Notes under the pieces: generated by a model
The model's input: the letters and a program-made list of their open reading frames with translations, nothing else
Told to the model about the DNA's origin: nothing
Databases searched by the model: none
Translations under genes and position numbers: made by a program
Shown here: in pieces, positions 28,264 through 40,400 of the stretch
Layout: every line of letters starts with the position of its first letter
Numbering within the stretch: position 1 is the stretch's first letter
NCBI GenBank assembly: GCA_951406725.2
Contig: OX597824.1
Span: 30,876,001 to 30,940,000, forward strand
Reading direction: 5' to 3'
Length of the DNA stretch: 64,000 nt
From: Octopus vulgaris
Taxonomy: Eukaryota

Positions 28264-31108
28264 GTCATTTACTTTTAATCTGCATGTTTGATGCAATCAC
28301 CTGCCGGGGCACACCCAGCGCCCTAGGGCAAGTGAAGGTTAAGAGTTGTTGAAATATAGCTGAAAGCTTGGGGAGGGGAAGTAGAGATATATCTCCATGT
28401 AATGCAAACACAAACATTTACATTGATAGGGTTTTTCTAAGGATGTGGGCAGTACTTGTTAGCACAATCTTTTGGATTTCCTTGAGACATGGTTTTCCAG
28501 GGATATTGTCTAGGTGTTTCTGACATCCCTTTTTTATCATACCTAGGGCACCTACAATAACAGGAACAGTTTTTGTTTTAAGATTCCACATCCTCTGTAT
28601 TTCGATTTCCAGCTCCTTATATTTACTAAGTTTGTCAAATTCCTTGACAGATACATTTTTATCAGTGGGGACGCTTACTTCTATTAGTCTGCAGGTATTT
28701 TCTTTTCTGTCTTTAACAATTATGTCTGGTCGATTAGCCTTGATCGTTCTGTCAGTGTTGACTGGAAAATCCCAGAGGATGGTGACATCTTTACCTTCAA
28801 CAACTGGCTGAGGATAGTGTTCATACCAGTTAGCAGGAGTGTCGGATTTGTAGTGTTTACATATCTTCCAATGTATATACTGTCCTACCCTATCGTGGCG
28901 ATTTTTGTATTCGTTTGGTGTCAGCACAGGACATCCCGAAACGAGATGGTCTATCGTTTCGTCAAATGTGTCGCAGAATCTGCATTTAGGGTCAGTACCG
29001 TTTCGGAGAACGTTAGCCTGGTAATTTCTGGTAAACAAGCTTTGATCTTGTGCTGCCATTATGAAACCTTCAGTCTCTGCTTTCAATCCAGAGCTCTTCA
29101 GCCACTGATGGGTTGTTGCTTGGTCTACATCAGCATTTTGGCTTCGGAGAATATATTGTCCATGCAGGGGCTTCTGGCTCCACCGCCTCTCAATTTGATT
29201 CTGCCCGTTCTTTTTTGCAGTCTGCTTGATTCGCTTTGCTTGCTTGGTAGCAATGGTTTCCGGCTCTTCATCTGATTCAAGGTTAATGTCTAGTTCCCTT
29301 TCGAACTTATAAGCTTCCTTGACAATAGAATGTAGCTTTTTGCCGCTTTCGTGTTCGCACACAAGTCGCAGCATCCAGTCCTTTGTACTAGATAGGTACC
29401 TGTTCATTCCTACAGTAGAGGTCTTATAGCACAGCTCTAATTGCATCATTCCTCTCCCCCCGCTGCTTCTAGGTAGGTACAAGCGGTCTACATCTGCCTT
29501 AGGGTGGTGCATGCTCTTGGATGTCAGTAACTTTCTTGTCTTCCTGTCCAAGCGTTGGAGTTCCGTAAGGTTCCAGTTAATGATGTTAAAACTGTACTGG
29601 ACTACTGGAAGTGCCAGGGTGTTAATGGCCTCAATGCAATTTTTGGAGTTGAGTTCAGTCTTCAGTACAAGCCTTATTCTCCTATAGTATTCCTTTCTTA
29701 TTTTTTCCTTCATAGTAGCATGATGTATACCATCTCCTTCGTTGATTCCTAGGTATTTGTAACTTTCCTGTGGGTCATGTTCCTTGATGGTAGTGTCAAT
29801 ATCTAATTTAACAGAAGCTGATTGCCTGAGCTTGCCTCTTACAAAAGTTGCTTTAGCACACTTATCAAGGCCAAAATCCATTCCGATATCATTGCTAAAC
29901 TCTTTAACAGTTGTTAGCAGCCCTTCTAGCTCTTGGTCATTCCTGGCAAACAGCTTTAGGTCGTCCATATAGAAAAGGTGGTTTATTAACTTACTAAAAA
30001 CTTTGTACCCATATCTGGTACTATCCAATTCGTTTGAGAGTGGGATCAGTGCCATGCAAAAAAGTAATGGAGAGAGGGAGTCACCTTGAAAGATGCCTCG
30101 TTTGATGTTGATGCTGTTGGACTGGCTCATCCCATTACCATGGCTTAGAAAGAGACGTGTGTTCCACATGGTCATGCTATTCTCTAAGAATTTTGAGACG
30201 ACAGGAGAGATCTTGTATATCTCAAGGGCCTTGAGTATCCATTTATGTGGGACACTGTCATACGCTTTCCTGTAGTCTATCCATGCCATACTCAGGTTTT
30301 TGTTTTTGCTCCGGCAATTCTCTACAATCATTCTGTTTATGAGCAATTGGTCTTTGCACCCATAAGAGTTTCTTTTACAACCTTTTCGAGCTTGTGGAAG
30401 GATAGAATTTTGTTCAAGGAAAGTGTACATTCTCTCCGTTATTATGGATGTGAGGATTTTGTAGGTGGTGTTGAGACATGTTATTGGCCGGTAATTCTTT
30501 GGGTTTTTTGTCTCTTCGGTTTTAGGTAATAGGTAGGTGGTTCCTTCAGTCAGCCAAGCAGGTATTTGCTCTGGGTTCTGAATGACATCAGACAGAGATG
30601 CAGCGAGATGTTCGTGTACCTCTGTCAAACAATTCAGCCAGAAGTTAGGGATCCGATCCAGTCCTGGGGTTTTCCATTTATGAGCCTTCCTAAGGACACA
30701 CCTTAGCTCCTCTATTCCTATTGCTTCCCATTTCTGTTCTTCAAGTTCATCCAGTCTCTCTTTCTCACGTTCTATCCAGTCAGCCTCAGCATTAAACTCT
30801 TTTTCGTTGCTCCATACCTTCTTCCAGAACTCCTCCACTTCCTCAATCTTAGGTGGATCTTCTATGTGTATTTTATTTTTGCCAATTTCCCTATAAAATT
30901 TCTTTGCATCTGTCTTAAAAAATTTATTTTGTCGATAAAATTTGTTTCTTTTGTCATACCTTCTAAGCCGTTGAGCTTTCAACTGTATCCGTTGTTTCAA
31001 CAGTTCCTTAGTTGCAGGGAGGTTTATGAGATCTTTGATTTTATATTTTTGCTTGATTTTTCTAGCTTTTCTCGGCTTAATATTCACTCCTCTAGCAATA
31101 TTCACTCC
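28262..31108 (-). mobile_element. Dong/R4 retrotransposon, subfamily 3, 5'-truncated
   Basis: Flanked by (TTA)n. Contains an uninterrupted ORF and a distinct 3' UTR. Confidence 0.95.
28418..31105 (-). CDS. R4/Dong RT + CCHC zinc knuckle + RLE endonuclease (N-terminus missing)
   Basis: 895 open codons: NYRPITCL, WIDYRKAYDS, GIFQGDSLSP, FYMDDLKL, CRFC..H..C, RPDII..IEVSVP. The truncation point abuts TAA, so there is no native start. Confidence 0.9.
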   Translation of the reverse strand: MNIARGVNIKPRKARKIKQKYKIKDLINLPATKELLKQRIQLKAQRLRRYDKRNKFYRQNKFFKTDAKKFYREIGKNKIHIEDPPKIEEVEEFWKKVWSNEKEFNAEADWIEREKERLDELEEQKWEAIGIEELRCVLRKAHKWKTPGLDRIPNFWLNCLTEVHEHLAASLSDVIQNPEQIPAWLTEGTTYLLPKTEETKNPKNYRPITCLNTTYKILTSIITERMYTFLEQNSILPQARKGCKRNSYGCKDQLLINRMIVENCRSKNKNLSMAWIDYRKAYDSVPHKWILKALEIYKISPVVSKFLENSMTMWNTRLFLSHGNGMSQSNSINIKRGIFQGDSLSPLLFCMALIPLSNELDSTRYGYKVFSKLINHLFYMDDLKLFARNDQELEGLLTTVKEFSNDIGMDFGLDKCAKATFVRGKLRQSASVKLDIDTTIKEHDPQESYKYLGINEGDGIHHATMKEKIRKEYYRRIRLVLKTELNSKNCIEAINTLALPVVQYSFNIINWNLTELQRLDRKTRKLLTSKSMHHPKADVDRLYLPRSSGGRGMMQLELCYKTSTVGMNRYLSSTKDWMLRLVCEHESGKKLHSIVKEAYKFERELDINLESDEEPETIATKQAKRIKQTAKKNGQNQIERRWSQKPLHGQYILRSQNADVDQATTHQWLKSSGLKAETEGFIMAAQDQSLFTRNYQANVLRNGTDPKCRFCDTFDETIDHLVSGCPVLTPNEYKNRHDRVGQYIHWKICKHYKSDTPANWYEHYPQPVVEGKDVTILWDFPVNTDRTIKANRPDIIVKDRKENTCRLIEVSVPTDKNVSVKEFDKLSKYKELEIEIQRMWNLKTKTVPVIVGALGMIKKGCQKHLDNIPGKPCLKEIQKIVLTSTAHILRKTLSM

Positions 31109-31231
<123 letters not shown>

Positions 31232-31239
31232 TATTATTA

Positions 31240-31335
<96 letters not shown>

Positions 31336-31338
<3 letters not shown>

Positions 31339-34300
31339 TATGTTTGACTTTTGCTTTATATTTGTACAAGTTGGCTCCAAGTCTCACCCAGAGACCTCAG
31401 GAGACAACAGGGTTGGAAGTTCATGTTGTTGCTATGCCTAGTGTGCCATATATTTGGGGGGTGGGGATGTTGTACTAATGAATGTCCAAAAAAAAAAGTT
31501 TTTTTTTTTTTTTTTTTAAACCGAAAATTATGTTTGTTTTAAACCTTGAGATTACATAGAGAGTATTTTGCGTAGGATATGAGCAGTTCCCATGAGCACT
31601 ATGTTTTGAACTTCTGCCATTTTTGGGTTTCCTGGTATCTGAGTTAGGTAGCTATCAGCCCCTTTTGCTATCATTCCCAGGGCACCTATGACAACAGGTA
31701 TTGTTTTAGTCTTCAGCTTCCACATTTTGCTGATTTCTATTTCAAGATCTTTATATTTGCTCAGTTTTTGGTAGGTCTTGACAGATACGTTTATATCGAT
31801 TGGGACAGTCATATCAATGAGGAGGCATGTTCTTTGTTTGAAGTCTTTCAATATGATGTCTGGCCTATTTGCATCTATCTTCCTGTCAGTTTGAATGGTG
31901 AAGTTCCAGAGGAGTGAGATGTGGTCATTTTCAAGCACTGGGGGTGGTTTGTGTTCCCACCAGTTTTTTTCATGGGGCAAATCCAGGTTTTTGCAGATTG
32001 CCCAGTGAATATATTGTGCAGCTCTATCGTGTCTGTTGAGATACTCTGTAGGCGCTAGAAGACTGCACTTGGAGACCACATGGTCAATGGTTTCATTTTG
32101 TTGCTTGCATACACGACACGTTGTACTGCTTCTGATCTTTAATATGTTGGCCTGGTAGTTTCTTGTTGGTAGGCATTGATCTTGAGCTGCTATCATAAAC
32201 CCCTCTGTTTCAGATTTTAAGCCAGAGGCCATTAGCCATTGATGGGTCAGGGCTTTGTCGATATCTGCATTATTTGCTCTCTTTGGGTATTTGCCATAGA
32301 GAGGTTTTTCTTGCCATTTATTATTCAGAATATCTAAGGCCGCAGTTTTGGCACGGGTTTTCATGCGCCTAGCTTTTTCCGTGCTTGTTTCTTGTATATC
32401 TATCTCTAATTCCGAAATTGGTTGTATTCGGAATTCACTTAGATATTCCTTTGCCTGTTTTGTGACTGAGTATGATGCTTTCTTGTTTTCATGTTTTGAG
32501 ACAAGTTTTAACATCCAGTCCTCAGAGGTTTTCAGGTAGGTGTCTAGGCCAATTGTAGCAATCTTCATTGTTATTGCCAGTTGCAAAAGACCACGGCTCT
32601 CCTCTTTTCTTGGCAGATAGAGTCGTTCTGTATCTGCCTTAGGGTGGTGCATTCTATGCATTGTCAACAGTTTCCTTATTTTTCTGTCGAGCTGACATAT
32701 TTCAGTAATTGACCAGTTAACAATATTGAAACTGTAAGTCACGACTGGTATAGCTAATGCATTGATCGCTTCGATCCTGTTTCTTGCATTCAGCTCTGTC
32801 TTGAGTATTGCTCTCACTCTTCGATAGCATTCTCTCCTGATCCTTTCCTTCATCTCTGAATGCCTTATTCCGTTCCCTTCAATTACCCCTAGATACTTGT
32901 AGCTCTCCGCTGGGTCTAGTTCTTTTATGACATTCTGTTGGTCAAGGTTAACGTTAGATGTTTCTGTCATTTTCCTTTGATAAAGGTAGCCTTTGCACAT
33001 TTATCGAGGCCGAATTGCATTCTGATGTCGTCACTGAATTGTTTGACTATCGCTAGTAAGCCCTTGAGTTGTTGATCATTTTTTGCAAAAAGCTTTAAAT
33101 CATCCATGTAAACGAGATGATTTATATTTTTATCAAACATTTTATACCCGTACTGCGCGTCATTGAGCAGCTTTGAGAGAGGTATTAAGGATAAACAAAA
33201 GAGGAGTGGTGACAGTGAGTCACCCTGGAAAATGCCACACGAAATTTTTACATCACCAGCATTTAGGGATTCACTGTCACTGTTCAGAGTTAGTGTGGTT
33301 CTCCATGATCTCATACTTACAGTCAAGAAGTTTCGCAGAGTTGGTGCTATCTTATACATTTCAAGGCATTTCCTAATCCAGCTATGTGGTAGGCTATCAA
33401 AAGCCTTTTTATAGTCTATCCAGGCTATTGATAAGTTTTTGTGTCGTTTGTGACAATCTTCTAAGATCATCTTATTGATGAGTAGTTGGTCTTTACAGCC
33501 GTAGGATCCACGTTTACATCCTTTCTGTTCATTAGGGAATATGCTGCTGTCTGTTAAAAAACTATAGGTATATTCCGTCAGGACAGATGTTAGTGTTTTG
33601 TACATAGTTGTTAAGCAGGTTATGGGTCTATAGTTGTTTGGTTCATTTGTTTCTTCACGTTTTGGAAGCAGGAATGTTAACCCATTAACTAGCCAAGGAG
33701 GCATCCTACTAGGGTGTTACAAAACATCATTGTACAGTTCTGTTAGCAGTTCATGGCTCTCTGGGAAGGCATTCAGCCAGAAGTTAGGAATTTTATCCTT
33801 TCCTGGAGACTTCCATTTGCTTGACCTCCTGAGAGCAGATCTTATATCTTCTACCTTGACACCCTCCCACTTTTGCTCTTCTAAGGGGTCCAGTTCTGTA
33901 GATATTCTGTCAATCCAGGGGGCCTTTTCGTTGTGTGTTTTTTCTTCTGCCCAGATTTTATTCCAAAATCTCTGCACTTCTTCTTTTGATGGTACAGACC
34001 CTGCAGTAAACGCTGTTTTTCCTATCTTCCTGTAAAAATTCTTGGTGTTATTTTTGAACATGTTGTTGTCCTTGAAAAATCTAACACGCTTTTCATACCT
34101 CGCTATGCGGGCAGCTTTGGTAGATACCTTTTGTTTGATGGTTTCTATGGTGGCATCAATATCAAGCATAGTTTTCATATTGTATTTTTTCAGTAATTTT
34201 TGGGTTTTTGTAGGTTTTGTAGTCTTGTGAGCCTTAAGGTTTTTCAAATATTCAATGTCAGATCTAAATATTTTAATTTGTTGTTGCAGACGCTCTTGCC

Positions 34301-35500
34301 AAGGAGGCTTTTTGTGGGACTGTTGCCGTTTTCTAATCTTTACACCACATAGGATCGTTGAGATTTTCGCGGATGCATAGTATAGGTGGTTGAGGTTTGT
34401 GATATCAACATCATTAACTGAAATTATATCCTTAAGTGCAAGCCGGATTTTACCAATTATTTTCATGTTTTGGTTAGAGTTGCGGATTTTAGGAAGTGTA
34501 TCACGCTCATCCATGCTGGTTTCTTTAATTTTCAGCCATTCAATCATGATTTGATTTTTTAGCTCATGTAGTTCTGTTGGGTCAATATTTGTGTGACTTT
34601 CTTTATCTATTAGATGCTCATCTGTCTTAGTGTTTATGATTGGTTCAGGGAGTATTTCACTTTGCCTATCACTTATACTAACTCTTTCAATCCTCTCTTC
34701 GTTTTTATCCGCCCTGGGCTGGTCTATAATCATTTCCTCTGTATTATCTTCTCTAGCTGCAGCTTCGTTCATTTTATCCGATATTGCTTGTCTAACCTGA
34801 TCAATCTCTACTTCAGTCAGTAATTTCTTTTTTATAATGTTTCTTCTAACATTGGCAAGCTTGTTACTGTCTATGTAGGGTCTTACTTCAGGGTGTTTCT
34901 GTCTCCAGTTTAAGTATGCTTGTACAGTGCTAGACTTATCTGTGGGGAAATATATGGCATGGTAGAAGGCCTCAAGAACTTCTTTATTATCTTCCCTAGA
35001 CCATTTTTCCTTCTTTTTCTTTTGATTATTTGGTGATGAGCATGGATGGCCATCTGTTGGAATATTCCGGTTGTGGGGTTCGTCCAGCTCCTGTGTGTTG
35101 GGAAGATTTGATCCAGTAACTGATTTTTCAATCAGGATTTGGTTCAATTTTCGGGTACGTGGTCTTTTGTAATCCGCGCAATGACCAATGCGGTTTATTG
35201 TTTGATTTGTTGACCTTGAAGCATGACGAGCATCCATTCTTATATTAGGAGATGGATCTGTCAGTTTAGGGTTCACTACATGTAAGCATTGCTCATAGCG
35301 CCGCTTCTTAAGACTAGCAGATCTATATTCGTCTGTATTTTTTTTGTTGATAGTTTTATCTCCGGACATTTTTTTTTTTTTCCTTTCCTCCTCTTCCTTT
35401 CTTCAAGGCTCACCGTGTCTGTATTAGTTCGAAATAATGAGAATAAAATACGGAGAAGGAAACGAAAAGAAAGGGAAAAAGACGGGATCTGTCAGTTATT
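31336..35500 (-). mobile_element. Near full-length Dong/R4 retrotransposon, subfamily 1
   Basis: 5' UTR ~35370-35500, ORF 35369-31552, 3' UTR to 31336. (TTA)n on both sides. Confidence 0.96.
31552..35369 (-). pseudogene. Dong/R4 single ORF (Myb-like N-terminus, RT, CCHC, RLE) with one stop and one frameshift
   Basis: KWSREDNKEVLEAFY..NKLANVRRNI, YMDDLKL, RPDII. In-frame TAA at 33717-33719 and a frameshift in an A-run near 32970. Confidence 0.93.
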
Positions 35501-35526
35501 ATTGTTATTACTATCATCTTCACCAC

Positions 35527-35607
<81 letters not shown>

Positions 35608-35609
<2 letters not shown>

Positions 35610-36105
35610 CTGCTCCCTAATCGAAACTTGATTTGTTCTTTGCCATAGCTCCATATTGCTTATGTGTTCGGGCCATCTAATTTTAAGTATATTACACAAG
35701 CATCTGTTGATGAATGATTGTATTTGCTTATTTGACTTAACTGTTGTTCGCCATGTCTCAAAATCAGATCTTATAATTAACAAATCAAAACTTATGCGCG
35801 TTAATGAAGAAAACAGCGAACGTATTAAACTAGAAACTGGTGAACTAGAGGATGTAGCCGAGTTTACGTATATAGGTAGTAAGATAACGTTTTCAGGCGG
35901 CACTGACGAAGATATTAAGACGAGAATAAGTAAGGCAAGGACCGCTTTTCACCTGTTAAAAAAAGTATGGAGCGCAAGTGTAATTTCAATAAAGAACAAA
36001 ATAAGAATTTTTAACACTAACGTAAAAGCGGTGTTATTGTATGGGTCTGAGGACATGGCGAACAACAGTTAAGTCAAATAACCAAATACAATCATAACAG
36101 AATAT
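35608..36105. mobile_element. RTE LINE fragments with internal inversion
   Basis: 35760-36100 (+): LEDVAEFTYIGS..NVKAVLLYGSE. 35608-35757 (-): ETWRTT..CLCNILKIRWPEHISNMELWQRT. Confidence 0.88.
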
Positions 36106-36424
36106 AACAAGTACAAAATAAGTACTCAAAACAGCAAATGACATGGATTTAGGTAAGTCGGCGAAGTAGTGACGGACTGATCGATTTACACAATTCAAAC
36201 TTATATAATGCAAAGAAAATATGAAAAAATCCTAGTGAAAACTATTAGCAACAGTGAAACAAAATGAAGGTAACATTTCACAAAACAATCCAATTCTCTT
36301 TTCTACAAAGAAGTGCTAATACTTGTTACCCAGGAAAATAGCAACCACTGAGATGATTATGTCCAATCATTTCTCACCAGCATAGCTAAGACTATTGAAG
36401 CTTATCTTGGTCAAAGGGACTAAT

Positions 36425-36593
36425 ATATTATTTACATTATTTACAATTGAAGGATATTCGTCCCCATCTTCTTTGTTGTTAACACAACATTTCGGCTGAT
36501 ATACCCTCCAGCATTGATCGGGTATCTTAGGGAAATTTCGAACTTGGGTTCTCATTCCTAAGGTATTTTTCAATGTTGTTGTTGTTGTTGTTG

Positions 36594-36674
<81 letters not shown>

Positions 36675-36960
36675 TCACTGCCTGGAATCGAACTCGGAAT
36701 CTTGGGGTTAGTAGCCCGAGCTACTAACCCCAAGATTCCGAGTTCAATTCCAGGCAGTGACCTGAACAACAACAACAACATTACAACAACAACAACAACA
36801 ATAACAACAATAATAATAATAACAACAACAACAACATCGAAAAACACCTTAAGAATGAGAACCCAGTTTCGAAATTTCCCCAAGACACCTGATGAAGGCT
36901 GGAGAGTATATCAGCCGAAACTTTGTGTTAGCAGCAAACAATTGTAAATAATGTAAATAG
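36425..36960. mobile_element. Head-to-head inverted pair of the tRNA/(TAA)n/hammerhead element
   Basis: Palindrome centred ~36718 (GGGGTTAGTAGC-CCGA-GCTACTAACCCC). Arms 36425-36716 and 36720-36960 are complementary. Confidence 0.9.
36884..36929 (+). ncRNA. Type I hammerhead ribozyme motif
   Basis: GACAC-CTGATGA-A-GGCTG(GAGAGTATAT)CAGCC-GAAAC-TTT-GTGTT. Intact core, 5-bp stem II, stem I GACAC/GTGTT. Other copies give GAAA(T)GTT, implying consensus GAAACGTT. Confidence 0.75.
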
Positions 36961-37051
36961 AAGTGCTTACTTCCTTCAAAAGTATGCCCTTAAATTCTAG
37001 ATGCTGGCAAAGAACTTAATGTATATATATAAAATCACTATATATATATAT

Positions 37052-37170
37052 TTGCCATGATAGAACGCTAGCCACTATCATTCGCCATGATAGAACGCTA
37101 GCCACTATCATTCGCCATGATAGAACGCTAGCCACTATCATTCGCCATGAAAGATCACTAGCCACTACAC
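37052..37170. repeat. 30-bp tandem repeat (~4 copies)
   Basis: Unit TTCGCCATGATAGAACGCTAGCCACTATCA. Confidence 0.9.
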
Positions 37171-37195
37171 ATTCTTTATTTTCTCTCCTTGTTTA

Positions 37196-37231
37196 CTTTC
37201 TGTAGAAGAGCGTAGGCTCGAAACGTTAAAG
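37196..37231 (+). ncRNA. Variant minimal hammerhead motif
   Basis: CTTT-CTGTAGA-A-GAGC(GTAG)GCTC-GAAAC-GTT-AAAG. Stems intact, core position A6 is T. Confidence 0.55.
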
Positions 37232-37279
37232 ACTTTTTCACTTCCAAAGAGTTATACTAATACATCTGTTTGTTGTCTA

Positions 37280-38100
37280 AAAGGTACAGGCCAATCTCTC
37301 TGACTTCATATATCAGTAAAGTCATGGAACGAATCTTCAGAAAGAAATAGATAACGTTCCTAGAAAACAATGACTCACTGAACGATACACAGCATGGATT
37401 CCGCCCAAGAAGCTGCTTCATACAGCTCGTTTCGCACTATAACTGTGTTTTGAAGCAGCTGCTTGACCACTCAGATGTCAATGTGATATACGTTGACTTC
37501 GCAAAGGCCTTGAATAAGGTGAATCATGGGATGCTATGTCACAAGCCAATTGGATAGCTGCTATAACTTCTTAAAAAACAGAAGTAGTTAATTTCAGCGA
37601 ATCGTGGCCTCTCTGGGGAAGCACAAGTTCTGAGAGGCGTCCCTCAGGGAACTGTCTTGGGGCCATTATTGTTTATATGTCTCTTAGACATGCCCTTAGT
37701 CACTCAGACAGCCATTGTCATTTGCTATTCCGATGATATAAAATTATCACAGGCAATAAAGAACCCAGATGTTGTAGCAAGCTTACAACAGGACTTAAAT
37801 GCAATATATAAGTGGGCTGAAGAAAACAATATGCAGTTTAAAGCTGGAAAATTTCAAGCACTACGCTGTCAGTCTTAAATCCGCCACAGCCTGCACATAC
37901 AAGAACCGAAGATGCTGCAGTCCAAGAATCTCAGACAGTGAGAGACTTGGGGACGAGTATGTGTGAGGATGTATCCTTTCACATACACATTACCAAGATG
38001 GTAATAGAGTGCAGAGTGCTGAAAACTGGAAGGATGGATACTAAAATTCTTCAAGACAAGAGACAAAGATATCATGTTGGCTACTGGAGGACTTTTGTTC
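37280..38100 (+). mobile_element. Degraded CR1/L2-group RT fragment
   Basis: QHGFRP, YVDFAKA, GVPQGTVLGPLLF, YSDDIKL, WAEENNMQF, RDLG. Confidence 0.88.
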
Positions 38101-38639
38101 TCAGTCGCAATCAATATAGACTCTCGAGAACCAAAATGGACATTCTGCTATCCGCGATTCTGGATGAACCAACAGCCCGGCATGAGGCATAGATAAGAGC
38201 AGCAGTTTTAAACTTCCTCATGCACTAAATGGGCTAACACCAAAGAGAAAAAAACACATGTAGAAGTGGTGATAGGAAACCCTACCACACCGGAGAACGT
38301 AGCCAAAACAGAGTGATATGTAAAAGTCTAAAATCATGGTGGTGCTCCTACTAGGCCGCAGCCGCTTGACTGAAACGAGTAAAACGATATATAAAAGAAT
38401 ATGTATGTACGTGTGCATGTCATTGTTCAGTTTTATTTCAAGATTGGAATTTGAACATCTACAACAGGGTATGTATGTATGTATGTATGTATGTATGTAT
38501 GTATGTATGTATGTATGTATGTATGTATGTATGTATGTATGTACGTTTGTATGTATGTATGTATGTATGTATGTATGTATGTATGTATGTATGTATGTAT
38601 GTCAGGTCACTTTCGAGTGCTACTGGTAACATGTAACCC

Positions 38640-39262
38640 AGTACAGCCTGTTGCATGGTCGGGTCGTCGGCGACTAAACCGGCAACCCCACCAAGCTTGC
38701 TTGGTGAGGAGGGTGTTTATTGGACACCCTGCGGGATGAAGAACCAAACCCGTCAAAGGGCAGAGGAACTCTTGAGAGTCAACGGCCATCTAATAAATGT
38801 CTTAAGAATGTATCATGCGCGGGGACATAGAAATAATCGGACTGAATACCCGATCACACGGTTAAACCATTGGGAGTGAAGGACTCCTAACCTTTGTTAG
38901 GGCATCCTTCTAGGACAAGGTAACTCGGGTAACTGGGATAACTCCGACATAAAACCTGCGGCTCAGTGGTTACCGATGATGCTGACTTGTTCTTCTTTTC
39001 GGATTATGGCTGCTTGTGAAAGGTAAGAGAGTCCAGTTTGCTGGACATTGTTGTAAAGCTGAAAAAGAGGTAATTTCTACTCTTCTCCTCTGGAAGCCAT
39101 CTACTTGCAATACCAGAGGGCGCACACTCTCCTACCCTGATGTAATCTCCAGGGATACAGGCATCCAGTAACAGGACCTCCGTAATGCCACGTTGGACCG
39201 TGAAGTCTGGCGTAGCATGGTAAATTCCATTGTCTCGACCACGGTCGAACAATGATGATGAT
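38640..39262 (+). mobile_element. Non-autonomous bipartite RTE derivative (5' leader + 3' end)
   Basis: 3' part encodes YPDVISRDTG..LDREVWRSMVNSIVST and ends in (TGA)n. The 5' leader is homologous to 44589-44707. Confidence 0.7.
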
Positions 39263-39746
39263 GGCTACTGTTGCTTAGTGAGTGGGATTGACTCAGTGCA
39301 CAGCCTTTCCTCACTTAAAAAAAATCTTCTTGCACAGGCATTGCACAATAGCAACATTGATTAAGCTTCGTGCAATGGCCAAACTCGATAACGAGGGGGC
39401 AGCCACCATGTATGTATCTATATACTGATAGATAGTGAGATCATAAGTTGTATAGAAATGAAATAATGCACAAAAGCACAAAATAATATGAAGTAAATTA
39501 TATAACTGCTCTTTCACAAATAGTTGTCAAACACTGTTAGCAAGCTGTTGCTGATGTATCATCGGGTAAAGTCGCAGATATTTCTCTAAGCTTTTAACAA
39601 GAGTTTCTTCAATTCAGTGCTGTTATTTAAAATTTAACGTGTAATGGAGGATAGTAGTTCAAACTGACAAATGCAACTTTTCTAATAATGAAGTTAAGTG
39701 TTCGAATAGAAAGCGTTACGGATACATACACACGCACATACATACA

Positions 39747-39780
<34 letters not shown>

Positions 39781-39929
39781 ATACATACATACATGCATAC
39801 ATACACACATGCATGCATGCATGCATACATACATACATACATACATACATACATACATACATACATACATACTGTCCGGGCGTATACATGAAAAGCATGT
39901 CAGAACCAGCAGGTATTCACGCATTTAAA

Positions 39930-40400
39930 AACAGGGAATACTGGTAGAACACACCAATAAGAACATCAATTCATTGCATACATAACAGACCTAGTATTGT
40001 TCTGTGAGACATTGAATAAAATACAAGCACTTTTTTAGAGTTCAGCTGCCCAGTAGATGTGAATGTACACCCAAAAGTCCAGGAAAAAGAGAACATTGAA
40101 TTAATGTGGCGCTTAGAGCTCTCGTACCCTGACTATGAATTCTCATTTGTACTTACCATCATAGGTGCATTAAGTTATGTACCAACAAATTTGCACAAAA
40201 ACCTAGAAATACTTGGTTTCGCGGAAAAAGAGCAAAAGAAACTGACGCAGATTCTTTAAATTCTATTAATGATACAGTGAAGATTTGTAAAACATTCCAA
40301 AAATTCTCCATGCGAAATTCTTACAAACATTGGAAACCCTCTTAACTCAAAAAGTCATGTTGCTTCGTTAGTAACCGGCTTGAACTTTCTCAAAATATGA
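39930..40400 (+). mobile_element. RLE retrotransposon 3' fragment
   Basis: HNRP..., LEFSCPVDVNV..K..EK, YPDYEFSFVLTIIGAL, TVKICKTFQKF. Confidence 0.7.

Noticed and set aside
37052-37170. CRISPR-like 30-bp repeats
   Set aside because: No spacers and no cas genes, eukaryotic context; a simple tandem repeat.
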